From Leucoraja ocellata (lineage: Eukaryota), in assembly GCA_036785375.1 (NCBI GenBank), contig JAWMAR010000667.1, positions 558,001 through 622,000 of the forward strand: a stretch of DNA of 64,000 nucleotides, in the 5' to 3' direction. Under the pieces are notes generated by a model that worked only from the letters and a program-made list of their open reading frames with translations, made no database searches and was not told the origin of the DNA. Position 1 is the stretch's first letter, and the number at the start of each line of letters is the position of its first letter. Below, one piece after another: positions 37,207-50,448 of this stretch. Made by a program: the position numbers and the translations under genes.

Positions 37207-38500
37207 TAGCATCATGGTCACATTGATTCCCTATTTCTCTGTTTATGTTCATTGAGGTAGGATACCTGCTGTATTGTACCATTGTAGCCTTGGGTGCAAA
37301 GGAAATCCAGGATATTTATGCAGTGATGAATGAAACAAACTGGTCAGATATATTTGACTTCTGAGGATTCCCACTTAAGAATTCTGTATTCAATTTTCCA
37401 ATCTAATCAAAATCACAATTGGTGACAGTTTTTGTCTGTATGAGTCTTTATTTAGAAGTCATTTGCTAAACCCCCACCTTTCTGTTTAAAATGTTGCTCC
37501 AAACTTTATTTCACCAGACCTCGGGTCACCTTTTCATACAGTATTATTGTGTCTTAAATGCCCACATTTATTATTGATATGGCTTTGGTGCAGTTTTACT
37601 GACATTATCTAACTGGCAGTGAATCTGTCCTCTCTCATTTGCAGCCAATATTTTTGAGTATTCTGACAAAGTGCTTGTGAAGATAAGAAAGGGGAAGGGT
37701 ACGCTTGTATTTGCCAATGGACATCAATATATGAATAGTTTTGAAACCCTCATGGGTTCTTGGGGTAATATTAGAACTCCCAATACCCAAGATTAACCTT
37801 GATCTGGAAAACAATGAAAAGCACAAAGATCCAAGAAATTAAAAATGTTTATTTAATTGCAGATGTGAAAAGCAAAATCTGTATGATTAAGAAATAAGAA
37901 ACATTAATATCTCCATAAAGTAAACTAACATGGTTTTACTTTTGCAGTGACTGTTGTGCTGATACTATAGACATTATCTTGGAACTTGGAGGCAATTTTT
38001 TCACTTGCAGGAAAGTTTAGGAATGCAATATGATGGAAGAGGGAAATACAAATTCAAAATTTAAATACTCACTGTACATTTGTTACTTTGTCAATGTGTT
38101 TGAAGTGTGGTGTTACCATAAATTAGAAATTAACTGCTAATCACCAGCTTCAGTTCTTTATAAGAGAAACTTATACTGGTTTCTCAGACTGATTGCATTT
38201 GGTAGAATTTAGTTTAAGATTTAATGGAAAATTCAGTTATAAAACTCTCTATCACTTCTTACTAGATCCTACAAAATGTAATGTAAATGGTGTAAAAATC
38301 ACAGTTCATTGGGTTTTCTTCAAAGCTTACAAACATTAACGATAAGCGTATAGCTTTCAATCCAATCAGATGGGTTAGCACTTAGATTTTTGGTACATCT
38401 GAGGTGCAATTTTGCCAAGGAAAAATTGGTTCAAAATTTCTATTAATTCAAAACAAAATCTATCCCATGGGTTCCGATTCTTAGCTTAATTTACATAGAA

Positions 38501-38655
38501 CAGTGGTTCTTAACCTGGGGGGTCGGGTCCCCATGGGGGTCATTTGGGGCTTTCCTGGGTGGTCATAAATAACACATCCATTTGTTGAGCTCATCTTTAG
38601 GAACCTAACAAAGGTACATACGACATACGTATGCCAAAAAGGTTAAGAACCACTG
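38501..38655. mobile_element. hAT (Charlie-like) MITE
   Basis: 16-bp perfect TIR CAGTGGTTCTTAACCT; TSD ACATAGAA / ACATAGAG. Confidence 0.85.
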
Positions 38656-39099
38656 ACATAGAGCATAGCAAAATAAAGCACATTAACAGGCTCTTTGGCC
38701 CACATTCTGCACCAAATGAGTCAAGATAAACTAATCTCCTATGACAGCACATGAGCCATATCCCTCTATATCCATATGCCTATCTAAAGGCCTCCTAAAT
38801 GCCAATATTGTATCTGCCTTCATCACCACCCCGCCCCCGTAGGAACATCACAGTGATGGAGACAGGATGACTAACACCGTCCTCTGCAGAATCCAGCACG
38901 AGTCCTGTAGACTATGTGGCCAACCTTGTGCCAAGTATAAGGTCTTCTTGGAGCTAGACAGGTACTTTGAAATGCAAAAGGAAAAGTCCAGTTGTGATCC
39001 ATGAGGAAACCGATAACACAGGTTGGACAAAGAAACCATTCCAGATAAAACAAGTATCAACTAAAATCCTATTTTTGTTTTAAACACAGCATTGGGATA

Positions 39100-40215
39100 T
39101 TATTAAGATTACCAGATCTATTGTGGATTTATGGGGGATGAAAATTATGCTTGACTCATTTATTTGAAGTTTGAGGTTATAACTTGTAGAATAGATAAGG
39201 GAGAAAACAGTTTTCATATGGACTTAAACAGATTGTGCCACAAGAGGTAATTATACATTAAAGCAGAGAATTGGGCATAATATACTTGTGTGGATTAAGG
39301 ATTGCTTAATGGTGCAAGAATTGTCACAGTGGCCACAGATATTCTTTCAATACTTTAAAGGTTTGCTGATGGTATAAAATGGGGTGAAAATGTGTGTTGA
39401 GAGAAGGGACAAAGGAGGGATGCAGGCAGTCTAAATGAAAGGACAAAGACATGACAGAATTACTAATCGAGTTTGTAAGAGAAAAGTAAGAGTATTTTTG
39501 AATGGCAAGAGATTGAAACGTGTTCGAAGGTCCTAGTACACAGGTGCAGCAAACAATTATTGAGGCGAGCAATATGTTGGGTCCATACTGCAAGAGGATT
39601 TGGCTACAACAGTGGAGATGTCTTATATGCAAATATTGGTGAAATTATATCCAAAATATTATATACAGGTTGGATTTCTCATCAAAGGAAGGATATGCTT
39701 GCAATAGAGGGAGTGCAACAAAGGTTCAATAGATTGATTCCTGATATGGGAAATTTATCTGAGAAAGAGATAAACCAGTTGTACATAAGAATGAGAGATG
39801 ACCTCATTGAAAGATACAGAATTGTTATGGCCTTAATACAGGGGTGATGTTGCCCAAGCTGGAGATCAGTCCCAAAATATGAGAGATACAAGGAACTGCA
39901 GGTGCTGGTTTACATTAAAAGACAAAGTGCTGGAGGAACACAGTGGGTCAGGCAGCATCTCTCGAAAACAGATACGTGATGTTTTGTGTATGGTCCCTTC
40001 AGGACTACGATGTGAAGATACTTCTCCACACAGTTAGGAATTCTCTACCCAAGAGGGCTAGTAAAGTCTAGATGCTGGGTATATTCAAGATGGAGACTGA
40101 TAGATTGATGCTATTATGGGAATCAATGGGCCTGAATGGTGCAGAAAAGCAGCTTTGAGAAATATGATCAGCCTTGATCTAAGCAGCACAAGGACCTGCT
40201 TCTATTTCTTAATCC
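39100..40215 (+). mobile_element. Old degenerate CR1 LINE (others at 2350-2480 -, 35600-35905 +, 38670-38830 -)
   Basis: RKDMLAIEGVQQRFNRLIP...RMRDDLIE. Confidence 0.65.
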
Positions 40216-40971
40216 TCACAGAAGACTGATATTCTGTTACATAGACAGCTGTTCCTGGTTCTTGCAGAAGTGATTTAAAAAAAACCTAGGAGAGGAGAAA
40301 ATGGGCTGAAAAACACAATTAACTGATGTCGATTTTGGGTATCAGTGGAATGTGAACCAAAATACAGTTTTTATTCATATACTGTAATAGTAACTAAGTG
40401 GAAGCAAGATTTAATTTCAATCATGCCTTTGTATTATAAAAGCATCTTAACCGCTGTTGCATTCTACTGTAAACATTACATTTCAGGCAGGGTTGGACAG
40501 TTCCACTTTAACATAATCATTCATCACATTAAGGATACGTGCATGAGTTTGTGTGTGTGCTTAACATGCTCCTCCAAAAGCAAATTTTAAATCCTTTTCA
40601 GTCCTCGGCACCAATCTAGTAAACTATTAAATATCAAGTAATTGGAATTTCAAGGATCATGCGATTGATGAAACATTGAAATGTACATAACAGTAGCACA
40701 ATAACCAGTATCACCAGTACTGACTGCATGTATGACATTCTATGAAGTCATTTTGGCAATGGTATGATTGAACTACTTTTGAATGGATTCTCTCATCACA
40801 CTGTGCTTCGTTATTTTTGCAATGTAACAAATATTGATTAGAATAGATCCAGTATATCAGAATTAAAGTTCAACGTAGGTAGGAACTGCAGCTGCTGGTT
40901 TAAACTGAAGATAGACACAAAAAGCTGGCATAAATCAGCGGGCCACACAGCATCTTTGGAGAAAAGAAAGA

Positions 40972-41005
40972 GGAGACGTTTCGGATCGAAACCCTTCTTC
41001 AGACT
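40972..41005 (-). ncRNA. Minimal hammerhead motif in palindromic Penelope-derived element 40876-41102
   Basis: Minus strand AGT-CTGAAGA-A-GGGT-TTCG-ATCC-GAAACGTC; cores intact, stem I poor. Confidence 0.55.
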
Positions 41006-42019
41006 GCGAGAAAGGTCTCGACCCGAACAGTCACCTAATTCCTTTTCTCCAGAGATGCTGATTAACCCGCTGAGCTACTCCAGCTTTTCGTGTCTATCTT
41101 CAGGATTGAAGTTTCATCTTATTTTATATCAATGCACCCAATTCACATTCGGTCCTAATCAGGCTGAATTAATTAAATGGGCATAAAATCATACAATAAG
41201 TAATTGATTTTATTATCTGTAATAGGTTTCCATTTTGATGCATTAGCTCTCTGCATCATTGCAGCCTCATGAACCACTGAAATAAATCGGCATGTAGTTC
41301 CTGTATATCCACAATAGATAACAATTAAACTTGCCACAGAAAATTAAATCGCGTACACTTCAGTCCTATACTATAATCCATTTACTAATTTGAAATGTGC
41401 AATAACTGCCAGTCAGCTTCTTGGCACTAAAATGTCAAATATAAAATCTCCTTCACTCAGCATTTAAATTGGAGATTTCAAAAATGGAAAATGCTTCATT
41501 TCTTTAATTGCTTATCTCGTTTGGAATTAAATCTTGCTTTCCCTGTATACATTTTTTTCATTCCAAACCTGGTCATTCTCACGTGCATTTCCTTCTCAAT
41601 CTGCAGGAAATGTTCACTTCGCAACCCATCAAATGGATTTAAGGACATGGTTACTTGCCCTTTTCATTCTGGCCCTGGGAGCTTGGTTTTGCACATTCTA
41701 CTGCTATCAGCTCACATTTTCGGTAACTTGCTTAACATAAATATTACGACCTATTTTCCACAGGCAGGTCTCAGGAGACCAGCTAATGAATATGGTCCAC
41801 TATCTCATAAATTCCCTTACCAGTTCAAAATCAGAACAAGATGCCTAACCTGCCAAATAATGTGTGCATCCAATCAGAACCATTTAATTGTGTATCCACA
41901 CCTATATCTCCAAAAAAGAAGTTAATAAAAAAATGTTTTCAGGTCTTTGCCTGTTCATATAATTCAGCACAAAGGACGAAACTGGCCATTGAAAACTTCA
42001 AAGAACTTCAAATAACCCA

Positions 42020-42282
42020 TGCATTCCCTCTCTCCATCCCTCCCCCACCCAAGTCACGCCAGCTTTTCGTTCTCACCTAGCAAACAGCTAACAATGGCCT
42101 GTTTCCTTTATCATTGTTACTTTTTTGCATAGCTTTCATTCATTTGTTCTATATCTCTCTACATCTACTCGTTTCCCCTTTCCTTCAGTCTGAAGGGTCT
42201 CGACCCGAAATGTCACCAATACCTTCTCTCCAGAGATGCTGCCTGTCCCGCTGAGTTACTCCAGCATTGTGTGTCTATCTTC
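42020..42282 (+). mobile_element. Penelope UTR plus arm
   Basis: CAGTCTGAAGGGTCTCGACCCGAAATGTCACC (3-nt deletion in core). Confidence 0.7.
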
Positions 42283-45200
42283 CATTTAAAATAATTATTC
42301 TTTTCTCCAAAATATACTATTTGTGAAAATGGAAATTAAAAAAAATTCAAATTTAGATTCAATGCTTAGAAAAGTGCTATACTACTGTCAGTCATTGAAA
42401 CATTTATAGGATAGTTTGGCAAAGAGCTACACAACAATTACAAAAGTAATTTTCAACTTTGGTTGGTGTGGAAAATCAATTGTCAGTTTTTTTTTAAAAA
42501 AGGTTAGTGTTAAAATACAGGTACAAGTTGAGTAAAATCTTTGCAAGAAGTGAATGACTACTTCTGGACAAGAAAACGATTTGAATTGTCCAGCAGAATA
42601 CAACCGCCTCTACACACCTTGACCATCTTCTTGCTGTGGGAGGAGGAGGTGGGGCAGAGGCGTATTTGACATCAAGAAACAAAGCAGCTGCTCTTGGGTG
42701 GTGTGATGGGGGTGGGGTGGAGAGGTGAGAAGTCCAAGACAATATCACCAGTGAACAGTACTATTATTCCACCAGGCACAAATAACATATGGAATTAACT
42801 TGGAATAAACTGGAGCAGCTGCTATTGTCAGTGATCACCTTACACAGTCGTAAATTAAGGAGACTAATGATTGAACTGTAGACAATGAATGATTCAGCCA
42901 CAAGGTTCTTAAAACTGCAATTGGATACCTAACATATAATTAAATCCTGATTTGTATAATAAAGGTTCATCACCAGGAACCGAGAGATGCTTTGGTGACA
43001 AAAAGCCATTTTAAAAAACTGTAGTAAACAAATCAATGGTCTGTAAAATAATGCACTTATTATCGGCTCATTAATGGAAGGTCCAGTTAGTTAATATTAG
43101 TCCCATCTAATTTAAAATTCCTCAATTATGACACAGATGATTATGGCACAATGTCCTATCTCAACAGCAACAGAATTTCAAATCATCCTATCTGCATCAG
43201 CTTGTCAAAAGAAACATTCTAGAAAGAACCGGACAAAGCAGAGCTATGGAGTATGCCAAGTTCCTCAAGGCCATTATAACAATGACTCGGTTTCAATTTT
43301 AGTGCTTGAAATCAGAGTCAATGCAAGGTAAGAAAAAAAAATGTGGAGTGTGGTGGAGAGAGGGAATGGAGAAACTGAAGGGATGGGTTGAGATTGGCAA
43401 ACGGTTTCCAATTTCAATAGCCGCAGAATTTCAAATCATCCTTACTACTTTATCGTTGGAGAATGCAAAGTTCTTGGAGATCATTATAATGTAACCTTTT
43501 CTGGATAGTACAAGTTGTCATAAGAACAGCTGATCTAGAACAAATGTCATAAGATTTTAATGTATTTCATTCAAAATAGACTGATGTTTTTAAATGGCTA
43601 TTTTAAATGAAAGTTTACTGTCTTAAGTATTTGACGTTAGGAAATATCAGTAAGGCACTAATCTTTTCTAGGTTTGTAATATCAAAACTATAAATGCCTC
43701 ATGGATCAATTAACTCATTTCACTTCAATTAAAAATTACATCACACGGCAGTGACAGAAAACAGTCTCACAAGAATGCCTTGGATATTCAACTTCTGAAG
43801 AATTTTTTCTTAACCATTATAAGCCGCAAATTATAAATACATTCTGATTTACATGAGCACATTCCACAATTTTTTCCCATGTAGAAATACCCAACAAGAC
43901 AGTATTTAATAACATTTATATAGAAATGAATAAATATCTGGAAGATAGACGATCAGCATGGCTGGTGAAATTATTTATATTATATAGTAAGACCTGAAAA
44001 TACCAAATATCTTGAAGAAGCATGCGTCTCTGAGGTAATTTTATACTTTTATATATAAATCTTACAAAGCAAAAAACAGACCTGAATGTATATCCACACA
44101 AAAGCATATATACCTTGTCACATTTTGCCATCTATGCTCATTCTACAAAGTGCACACATGCAGAGAAAAAGAAGCTGAACAGCTAGTAACATTTTATGTC
44201 TTGGCACAAAATAAGAAAAGTACTATTCCGCAAGCAATTAATTAGCGAGTATTGTGAAATTTCTGGCTCAATCTGATTTTTCCCACTTCGAATATACTGG
44301 CAGAAATACTGTGAGGCCATTTTTTCAAATTTGTGATTTGTAACTTAAAAGATATACAACTTCTCAAAGTGCCAAAAATAATTCTCAAAAATATATGACT
44401 ACAAACAAAAGGTACACAATTTCTAACTAACGTGGCATTCAAAATGTGAAGTGTTAAGTTTGTTGCAAAATAGTTTTGGTCGCCATAAGTTTTTAAATCA
44501 ACTTAAATCCAAAAGCATAATGATGTTAAAGAGCAAATCTGTGCATTCTCCTTAGTTTATTATAGTGTTATTCAAAAATTGCATGCTGTGTTTGGCAGGA
44601 CTGTATAATTAGTTTAAAATTGTGATTTCTTTTTTAAAAACAACTCACTGTTAAAACATGCAGCTAACATGAATCACTGTTCTCTTACTCATCTGATTAG
44701 AATGGTAATATAGTGAGAAAAAATAATTAAAAATTCACAGTAGACCAACATTTCCCTTAACATATAAAAAGCCCTGTGAATGCAGTGCATGGCATCCTTG
44801 TATCCTTTTTCAAAAGCCGATCTCTAAAGGGAGTATTGTCAACTGAAGGTCTTTTTTTCTAGTAGTAAAAGAGTTTAAACTAGGGAAACCAATTTACTTT
44901 TCTTTTTTAAAAACCCGAAATAGTGAACAGAGGAAAACATAGCCCTAAATCTTTCAGTTAAGTTTGTTAAATAAGTATATTAATATCCAAAATCATTTTG
45001 CTTTACTTATTTTAACCAAAAAAGTCAAGCTACAAAAATACATTTGCAAGATCTCCCTGAACTAACTCTTTTTTTTTTTAATGAAATAGAACCATAAGAA
45101 TCAGTTATTCTCTCTCTTCTTCCCTCCCCACCCCCAATCCACCCTCCCCAACCCGAGTCCCCAAATCCATTTGTACAATAGAATAATTCAAGCTCTCGAG

Positions 45201-45577
45201 CACAATCCTTGGCAGCTAGTACTGTATAATATAAACACAGGCAAAAGGTAAGGCAGCTGTTAGTTTCTACAAATACATTCCGCTCAGATGTATGTCTCCC
45301 AATGTATCTCATTTGCAAAACTGTAGGGCACAAACTGGTGATGAAAAACAGATCTGGATTCCTTTAAGAAGGGCCATTGTAATCAGTTTCTGCAGTGCCT
45401 GAGTGTCAAGTCTTGCAGGAGGTACAATTTTCCAAAAATCACCTTCCTTCTTCTCAACGAGACGGAGTACACAGGCTTCTGCGATGACTGCAAAGAATGA
45501 ACATAACATCAGTATGGCTTTGTTCAAAATCTTCAACAAATTATCAATCTTGTAGCTGCTTGGTACTGGTAAAATGT

Positions 45578-45586
45578 GCTTACCTC
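45578..45586 (-). other. 5' splice donor GAG|gtaagc 12 nt after the JPH2 stop codon (probable 3'UTR intron)
   Basis: Near-consensus donor at junction 45584/45583. Confidence 0.7.
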
Positions 45587-45595
45587 AGAAACAAA

Positions 45596-45676
45596 TCATG
45601 TGAGGAAATGCACAAACAAGATGGCAAGGCCAATATTCAACAAAATGACCATGGCAATCATAACGGTATTGGGTCC
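45596..45676 (-). CDS. JPH2: Junctophilin-2 last coding exon: C-terminal ER/SR transmembrane anchor [26 protein letters not shown]
   Basis: Acceptor tttatttcag|GGA at 45676, phase 0, compatible with the upstream exon; TGA at 45598-45596. [13 protein letters not shown] is the junctophilin tail-anchor signature. Too short for the ORF track. Confidence 0.95.
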   Translation of the reverse strand, partial: [26 protein letters not shown]

Positions 45677-45744
45677 CTGAAATAAATAAAAGAAAATGTC
45701 ATTATCCTGCTCTTTAGGTCAGAGGTCTGAGATTAAAACGTTAT

Positions 45745-46330
45745 GGAGCAGTACAGTCTTACAGTGTGGAAAGAGGCCCTTTGGCCCAACTTGCCACACA
45801 CCAGCCAACATGTCCACTTTACACTAGGCCCACCTATCTCCGTTTGGCCCACAGCCCTCTAAACCTGTCCTATCCATGTACCCGACTGTTTCTTAAACAT
45901 TGTGATAGTACCCACCTCAACTACCTCCCCCGTTCCATACACGTACCACCCTTTGCGTGAAAAGGTTACCCCTCAGATTCTTATTAAATCTTTCCCCCCT
46001 CACCTTAAACTTATGTCCTTTGGTTCTCGATTCCCTTACTCTGGTCAAGAGACTCTGTGTGTCTACCCAATCTGTTCCTCTAATGATTTTCTACACCTCT
46101 ATAACATCACCCCATATCCTCTTGCACTCCAAGGAATAGAGTCTCAGCTCTCCCCGTTGCTCAGGCTATCGAGGTCTGGCAACATCCTTGTAAATCTTCA
46201 CTGCCCCCTTTCCAACTTGACAACATCTTTCCTATAGTATGGTGCCCAAAACCATATAACCATAGCCCAAAATACTCTAAAAATGCGGCCTCACCGATGT
46301 ATTGGACAACTGCAACATGACCTCCCATTC
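45745..46330 (-). mobile_element. CR1 LINE 3' fragment in the JPH2 intron, ending about 70 nt before the TM-exon acceptor
   Basis: Reverse complement of the 30340-30815 type. Confidence 0.8.
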
Positions 46331-47658
46331 TTTATTACCTGGTCTTTCAAAATCCATACTGCTGACATTTTCCAACATAATGTTTAGAATCTTCATAAGG
46401 TCATAAGTGATAGGAGAGGCCATTCGGCCCATCAAGTCAACTCTGCCATTCAATCATGGCTGATCTATCTCTCCCTCCTAATCCCAATCCCCATCCCCTG
46501 CCTTCTCCCCATAACCCCTGACACCTGTACTAATGAAGAATCTATCCCTACCTTAAAAATATCCATTGACTTGGCCTCCACAGAATTCCAGAGATTCAAC
46601 CCCCTCTGACTAAAGAAATTCCTCCTCATCTCCTTCTTAAAGGAACATCCTTTAATTCTGAGGCTGTGACCTCGTCCTAGACTCTCCCACTATGCTAAAT
46701 ATTTACTTTATTTTAGCATGAATACTACAAGAGAGACAATCTGGTTATTTGGAATGGGCATTTTCCATCTTGTATACCCTTTTACAGGATTAGCAGTAGT
46801 TAGATATTCTTGCAATATCATTTTCGGACCACAAAACGATTGGAGAATTTTTGCTAAGAATTCAACTTAATCTACATTAGAAATGTAAGATCACAACCAC
46901 ATTGGTGAGACTGGATTAATGTACGAGTTGGACTGAGAAATTATGTCACATTTCCTATACCACAGAATGTTAACGAGCATGATTTTTTATTTTATAACTC
47001 GCAACTTTCATGTTATTGTTACAAAGACTGGCATTGCTTCTAAAAAAAAATTAAAAATAAATCAGGCTGTATTCGAGTTCCCTAGCTGCCAAGATGGGAT
47101 TCAAACACCTGTCTGTGGACCGATGATCCAGGTTCCAGGCTGGTAGTCCGGTAATTCAACCAACATTTTCTGTCACAATGCTTCTCTGCTGCACTCCACA
47201 TGGAATCTGTCAACATAGCTGATTGCCACTGCGATTCTGCAGCATTGCTTTGGAGAATTATGACTCTAGTTCTATGCCAAGTCAGACTCCAGTGCTCTCA
47301 CTGAGAATACCAGGCCCACAAATCAGGTGGCACTGGAGAAGGCAAGATTATTTTTTCATTTTTAACGTGTTTTTAAATTTGTTTTTTAATGACGTTGATC
47401 CTAACACTTTTTAATAAATGTCACTCAATTCCATAAATCATAGAGGCAGAATTAGGCCCATTCAGCCCATCGAGTATACTCCGCCATTCAATCTTGGCTG
47501 ATCTATCTTTCCCCCTCAACCCCATTTTCCTGCCTTTTTCCACATAATCCTTGACACCCTTAAGTTCAAAAGAGGCATAGCACCATCGCCACCAGTTTTC
47601 GTCAAGCCCGTAGCCCATCAGGGAGGAGGGTCTCTGCATTCAAGGAGATCCCATCATT

Positions 47659-48520
47659 TAGGTATGTTACAAAACCTACCTGAATCGTCATTGGGAATCT
47701 GCCCTCAGCCATGTCGGCGATTTTGGCGCTGTTTGGAGGGGGCGGGTTTAAAACGCGATTTTTACTAGGCTGTACTAATCGCACATGTTCAGCCTAGTAA
47801 ATCATTAACGAAAAATCGCTGCAAGACCCGGTCGCAAAAGGTATTATTAGTTTTATAGGCCTCGATAATATAGTTCTAATAGTTTTAAAATTACTGTCTC
47901 ATTTCGCAACCTCTCGCAGCCCCAGGGTTTTATAAAGCAAACAATTAAAGGTATGTACCTTATTTTTACATTAAATGTGGCATATATATAACCCTGTAAT
48001 TAAAGTTATCTATAGCGAGTAGTTCATTTTGGGCTTTTTATATCCCGCAGTATTTTTCTCGGCATTTGAGGGCACTAATCCAGCGCTATGTCAACGTTCT
48101 AAACCAGCGCGTTCCACATGAACCCACTAGAAAGCCGATTTAAATGGGCATTTATTTACAGCAATTGAACACTAAATTCCTTCCATTTGGCCTATAAATT
48201 AATGTAAATTAGATATAAAAATCATGTTATATTGTGAATTATTTGTGAATAATCTTTGGACACTTAGGCTATTTAAAAATGTTAATCTTTCCTTAAGAAA
48301 TGGGCTTTGACTATCCAAGATCACAGCTTTTTTGTAATGTCCATTGAAAATCAATAGGGAACAAGATGCTAATTTCCGAGTATGAAAATGGTCATAACTT
48401 TTTTAATACTTGAGATATGAAAGTGAATTTCGTGTCAAATTAAAATTATTGTTATGCTTTATCTGATGGGATAAATTGCAGACTTGATTTTTTAAATCTC
48501 AAAATTTTGTAACATTGCTA
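47659..48520. mobile_element. Unclassified non-autonomous DNA transposon, TAG...CTA termini, 7-bp TSD
   Basis: TIR TAGGTATGTTACAAAA / TTTTGTAACATTGCTA; CATCATT at 47652-58 and 48521-27. Confidence 0.75.
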
Positions 48521-48719
48521 CATCATTCTCAACATTTCATTCTTGTAAACTCCCAGCAGGTCAACAGGACCAACTTTGTTCAATCCTTGCATAAAAGACT
48601 GACATCTCATCCAGGAACCAATCTACTACATGCACACTGCATCAATTCCAAGGCAAGTATAGTCTTTTGTAAAGAAACTAAAAGGCCACATAACACATCA
48701 GGCTCTAGAGGTATAAGGT

Positions 48720-49290
48720 AAAGAATGGGTTGACTGGGCTCATATTCGCTGGATGAGGATGAGGGGGATCTTAAAGAAATGTATACAATTTTTAAGGGAT
48801 TGGACAGGCTAAATGCAGGAAAAATGTTCCCTATGATGGGAGACAAGGGGTCACAGTTTAAGAATAAGGGGTAGGCCATTTAGGACTGAGATGAGGAAAA
48901 AGCTTTTCACCCAGAGAGTTGTGAATCTGTGGAATTCTTTGCCACAGAAGGCAGTGGAGGCCAATTCACTGGATGCATTCAAGAGAGAGTTAGATATAGC
49001 TCTCAAGGCAAAGATAATCAAGGGATATGGGGAGAACACAAAATGTGTGGGAAAGAACTGCAGATGCTGGTTTAAATCGAAGATATACACAAAATCCTGG
49101 AGTAACTCAGCGGGACAGGCAGCATCTCTGGAGAGAATTCTATTTAGAAGATAGACACAGCATTTTGTGTCTACAATATGGGGAGAAAGCAGGAATGGGG
49201 TGCTGATTTTGAATGATCAGCCATGATCATATTGAATGATGGTACTGGCTTGAAGGGCTGAATGACCTACTCTTGCACCTATTTTCCATA
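48720..49290 (+). mobile_element. CR1 LINE 3' fragment with Penelope arm insertion 49037-49175 (12-bp TSD ATATGGGGAGAA)
   Basis: MRKKLFTQRVVNLWNSLPQKAVEA; TSD at 49025-36 and 49176-87. Confidence 0.85.
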
Positions 49291-49679
49291 ATGACAGTAA
49301 GAATTCCTTAATTTTTGTGCTCTCGTTCCTGGTATCTGCATGTTATCTTTCTGCCCAAGATCCATTTGCAAAGCCAATATCTATCAGTTTTATACAATTT
49401 ACACATTCTGTTTTCCTACCAAAGCAAATGGCCTCGCCTTTTGCCCATCCTCCGCTCCAATTTCTTGCCTACTCTCTTCTCAGTGCCTCTCAGAATCTTG
49501 TTTAAATTAGATTGTAAATCATTCTTCTAATTTGGCAGAGATTCATTTTACTGAACCTCTCCCTTGTAGTTCAGCCCTACCAATTGACTTATATCCCAAA
49601 AACCATCTCACGGCCCAAGACAACCAGTTTCCTAACTAAAAATTGTTCCACTGCTTGCAAAACTCATTCCAATCAAGAT

Positions 49680-49902
49680 GACACAAAATGCTGGAGTAAC
49701 TCCGTGGGACAAGCAGTATATCTCCGAAGAGAAGGAATGGGTGAATTTTCAAGTCGAGACCCTTCTTCGGGTCTGAAGAAGGGACTCGACCCAAGATATC
49801 ATCCGTTCCTTTTCTCGAGAGATGCTGTCTGTCCCGCTGAGTTAATCCAGTATTTTCTGTCTATCTTCAGTGTAAACCAGCATCTGCAGTTCCTTCCTAC
49901 AA
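49680..49902. mobile_element. Palindromic Penelope-derived element, 10-bp TSD
   Basis: CAATCAAGAT at 49670-79 and 49903-12. Confidence 0.75.
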
Positions 49903-50448
49903 CAATCAAGATTTGGTTCGGTATAACAATCAAACCATCAGATAAATGAACCCTTAGTGACATGGAGAGAAAAAAGCTGGAAAAAACAAATAATCTGTCC
50001 ACCTATTCACTCTGTTCTACCATCCACTTATTTTTGAGTGCAATAACATGCTGACATGAAATTACACAACAAAACAACAAACTCCATGCAAGAAAAATAA
50101 CAGCATTTCATGGACCAATGATAATTTGAGAACATTTCAAATAATTTCTGACAACTATCATGTCAATAAAATATGATTAACTATCGGGCATCACCTTTTT
50201 AAGATGATATTTGTTTTGATTTTTTTTTTTTTTACACATCTTACCCATTTAATGGCTTATGCAATGTACAAAAGAAATCAAGCTTATTTAATTATCAAAA
50301 AATACCAATTCTACTTTACATCTTATCACGTTTTCAATAAATCAATGAAAGGATGAAAAATGCCAAGCATGTTGGACAAGTGAGTGGCGAGACCATAAGA
50401 CCAACATGTACATTATTCACTAATCAAAAATGTGATATGCCAGTCACG

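Larger units (their letters stand above)
40350..45583 (-). other. Repeat-poor, AT-rich block downstream of the JPH2 stop; candidate 3'UTR and/or last intron, candidate AATAAA at 40375-40370
   Basis: Only two recognisable small repeat insertions in about 5 kb, versus dense repeats on both sides; minus-strand AATAAA near its distal end. Exon/intron boundaries cannot be fixed from sequence alone. Confidence 0.4.

Noticed and set aside
1-40000. Exons of a convergent neighbour such as TOX2; exon-like stretches at 7714-7795 and 11690-11840
   Set aside because: Translations match nothing I recognise; splice-like signals alone are insufficient.
44264-44270. miR-24 7mer-A1 site (TGAGCCA) in the putative JPH2 3'UTR
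   Set aside because: A single 7-mer in 5 kb is compatible with chance, and UTR status is unproven.
45309-45539. 76-aa hydrophobic ORF downstream of the JPH2 stop
   Set aside because: Non-ATG start, no recognisable homology, and it lies in intron/UTR.
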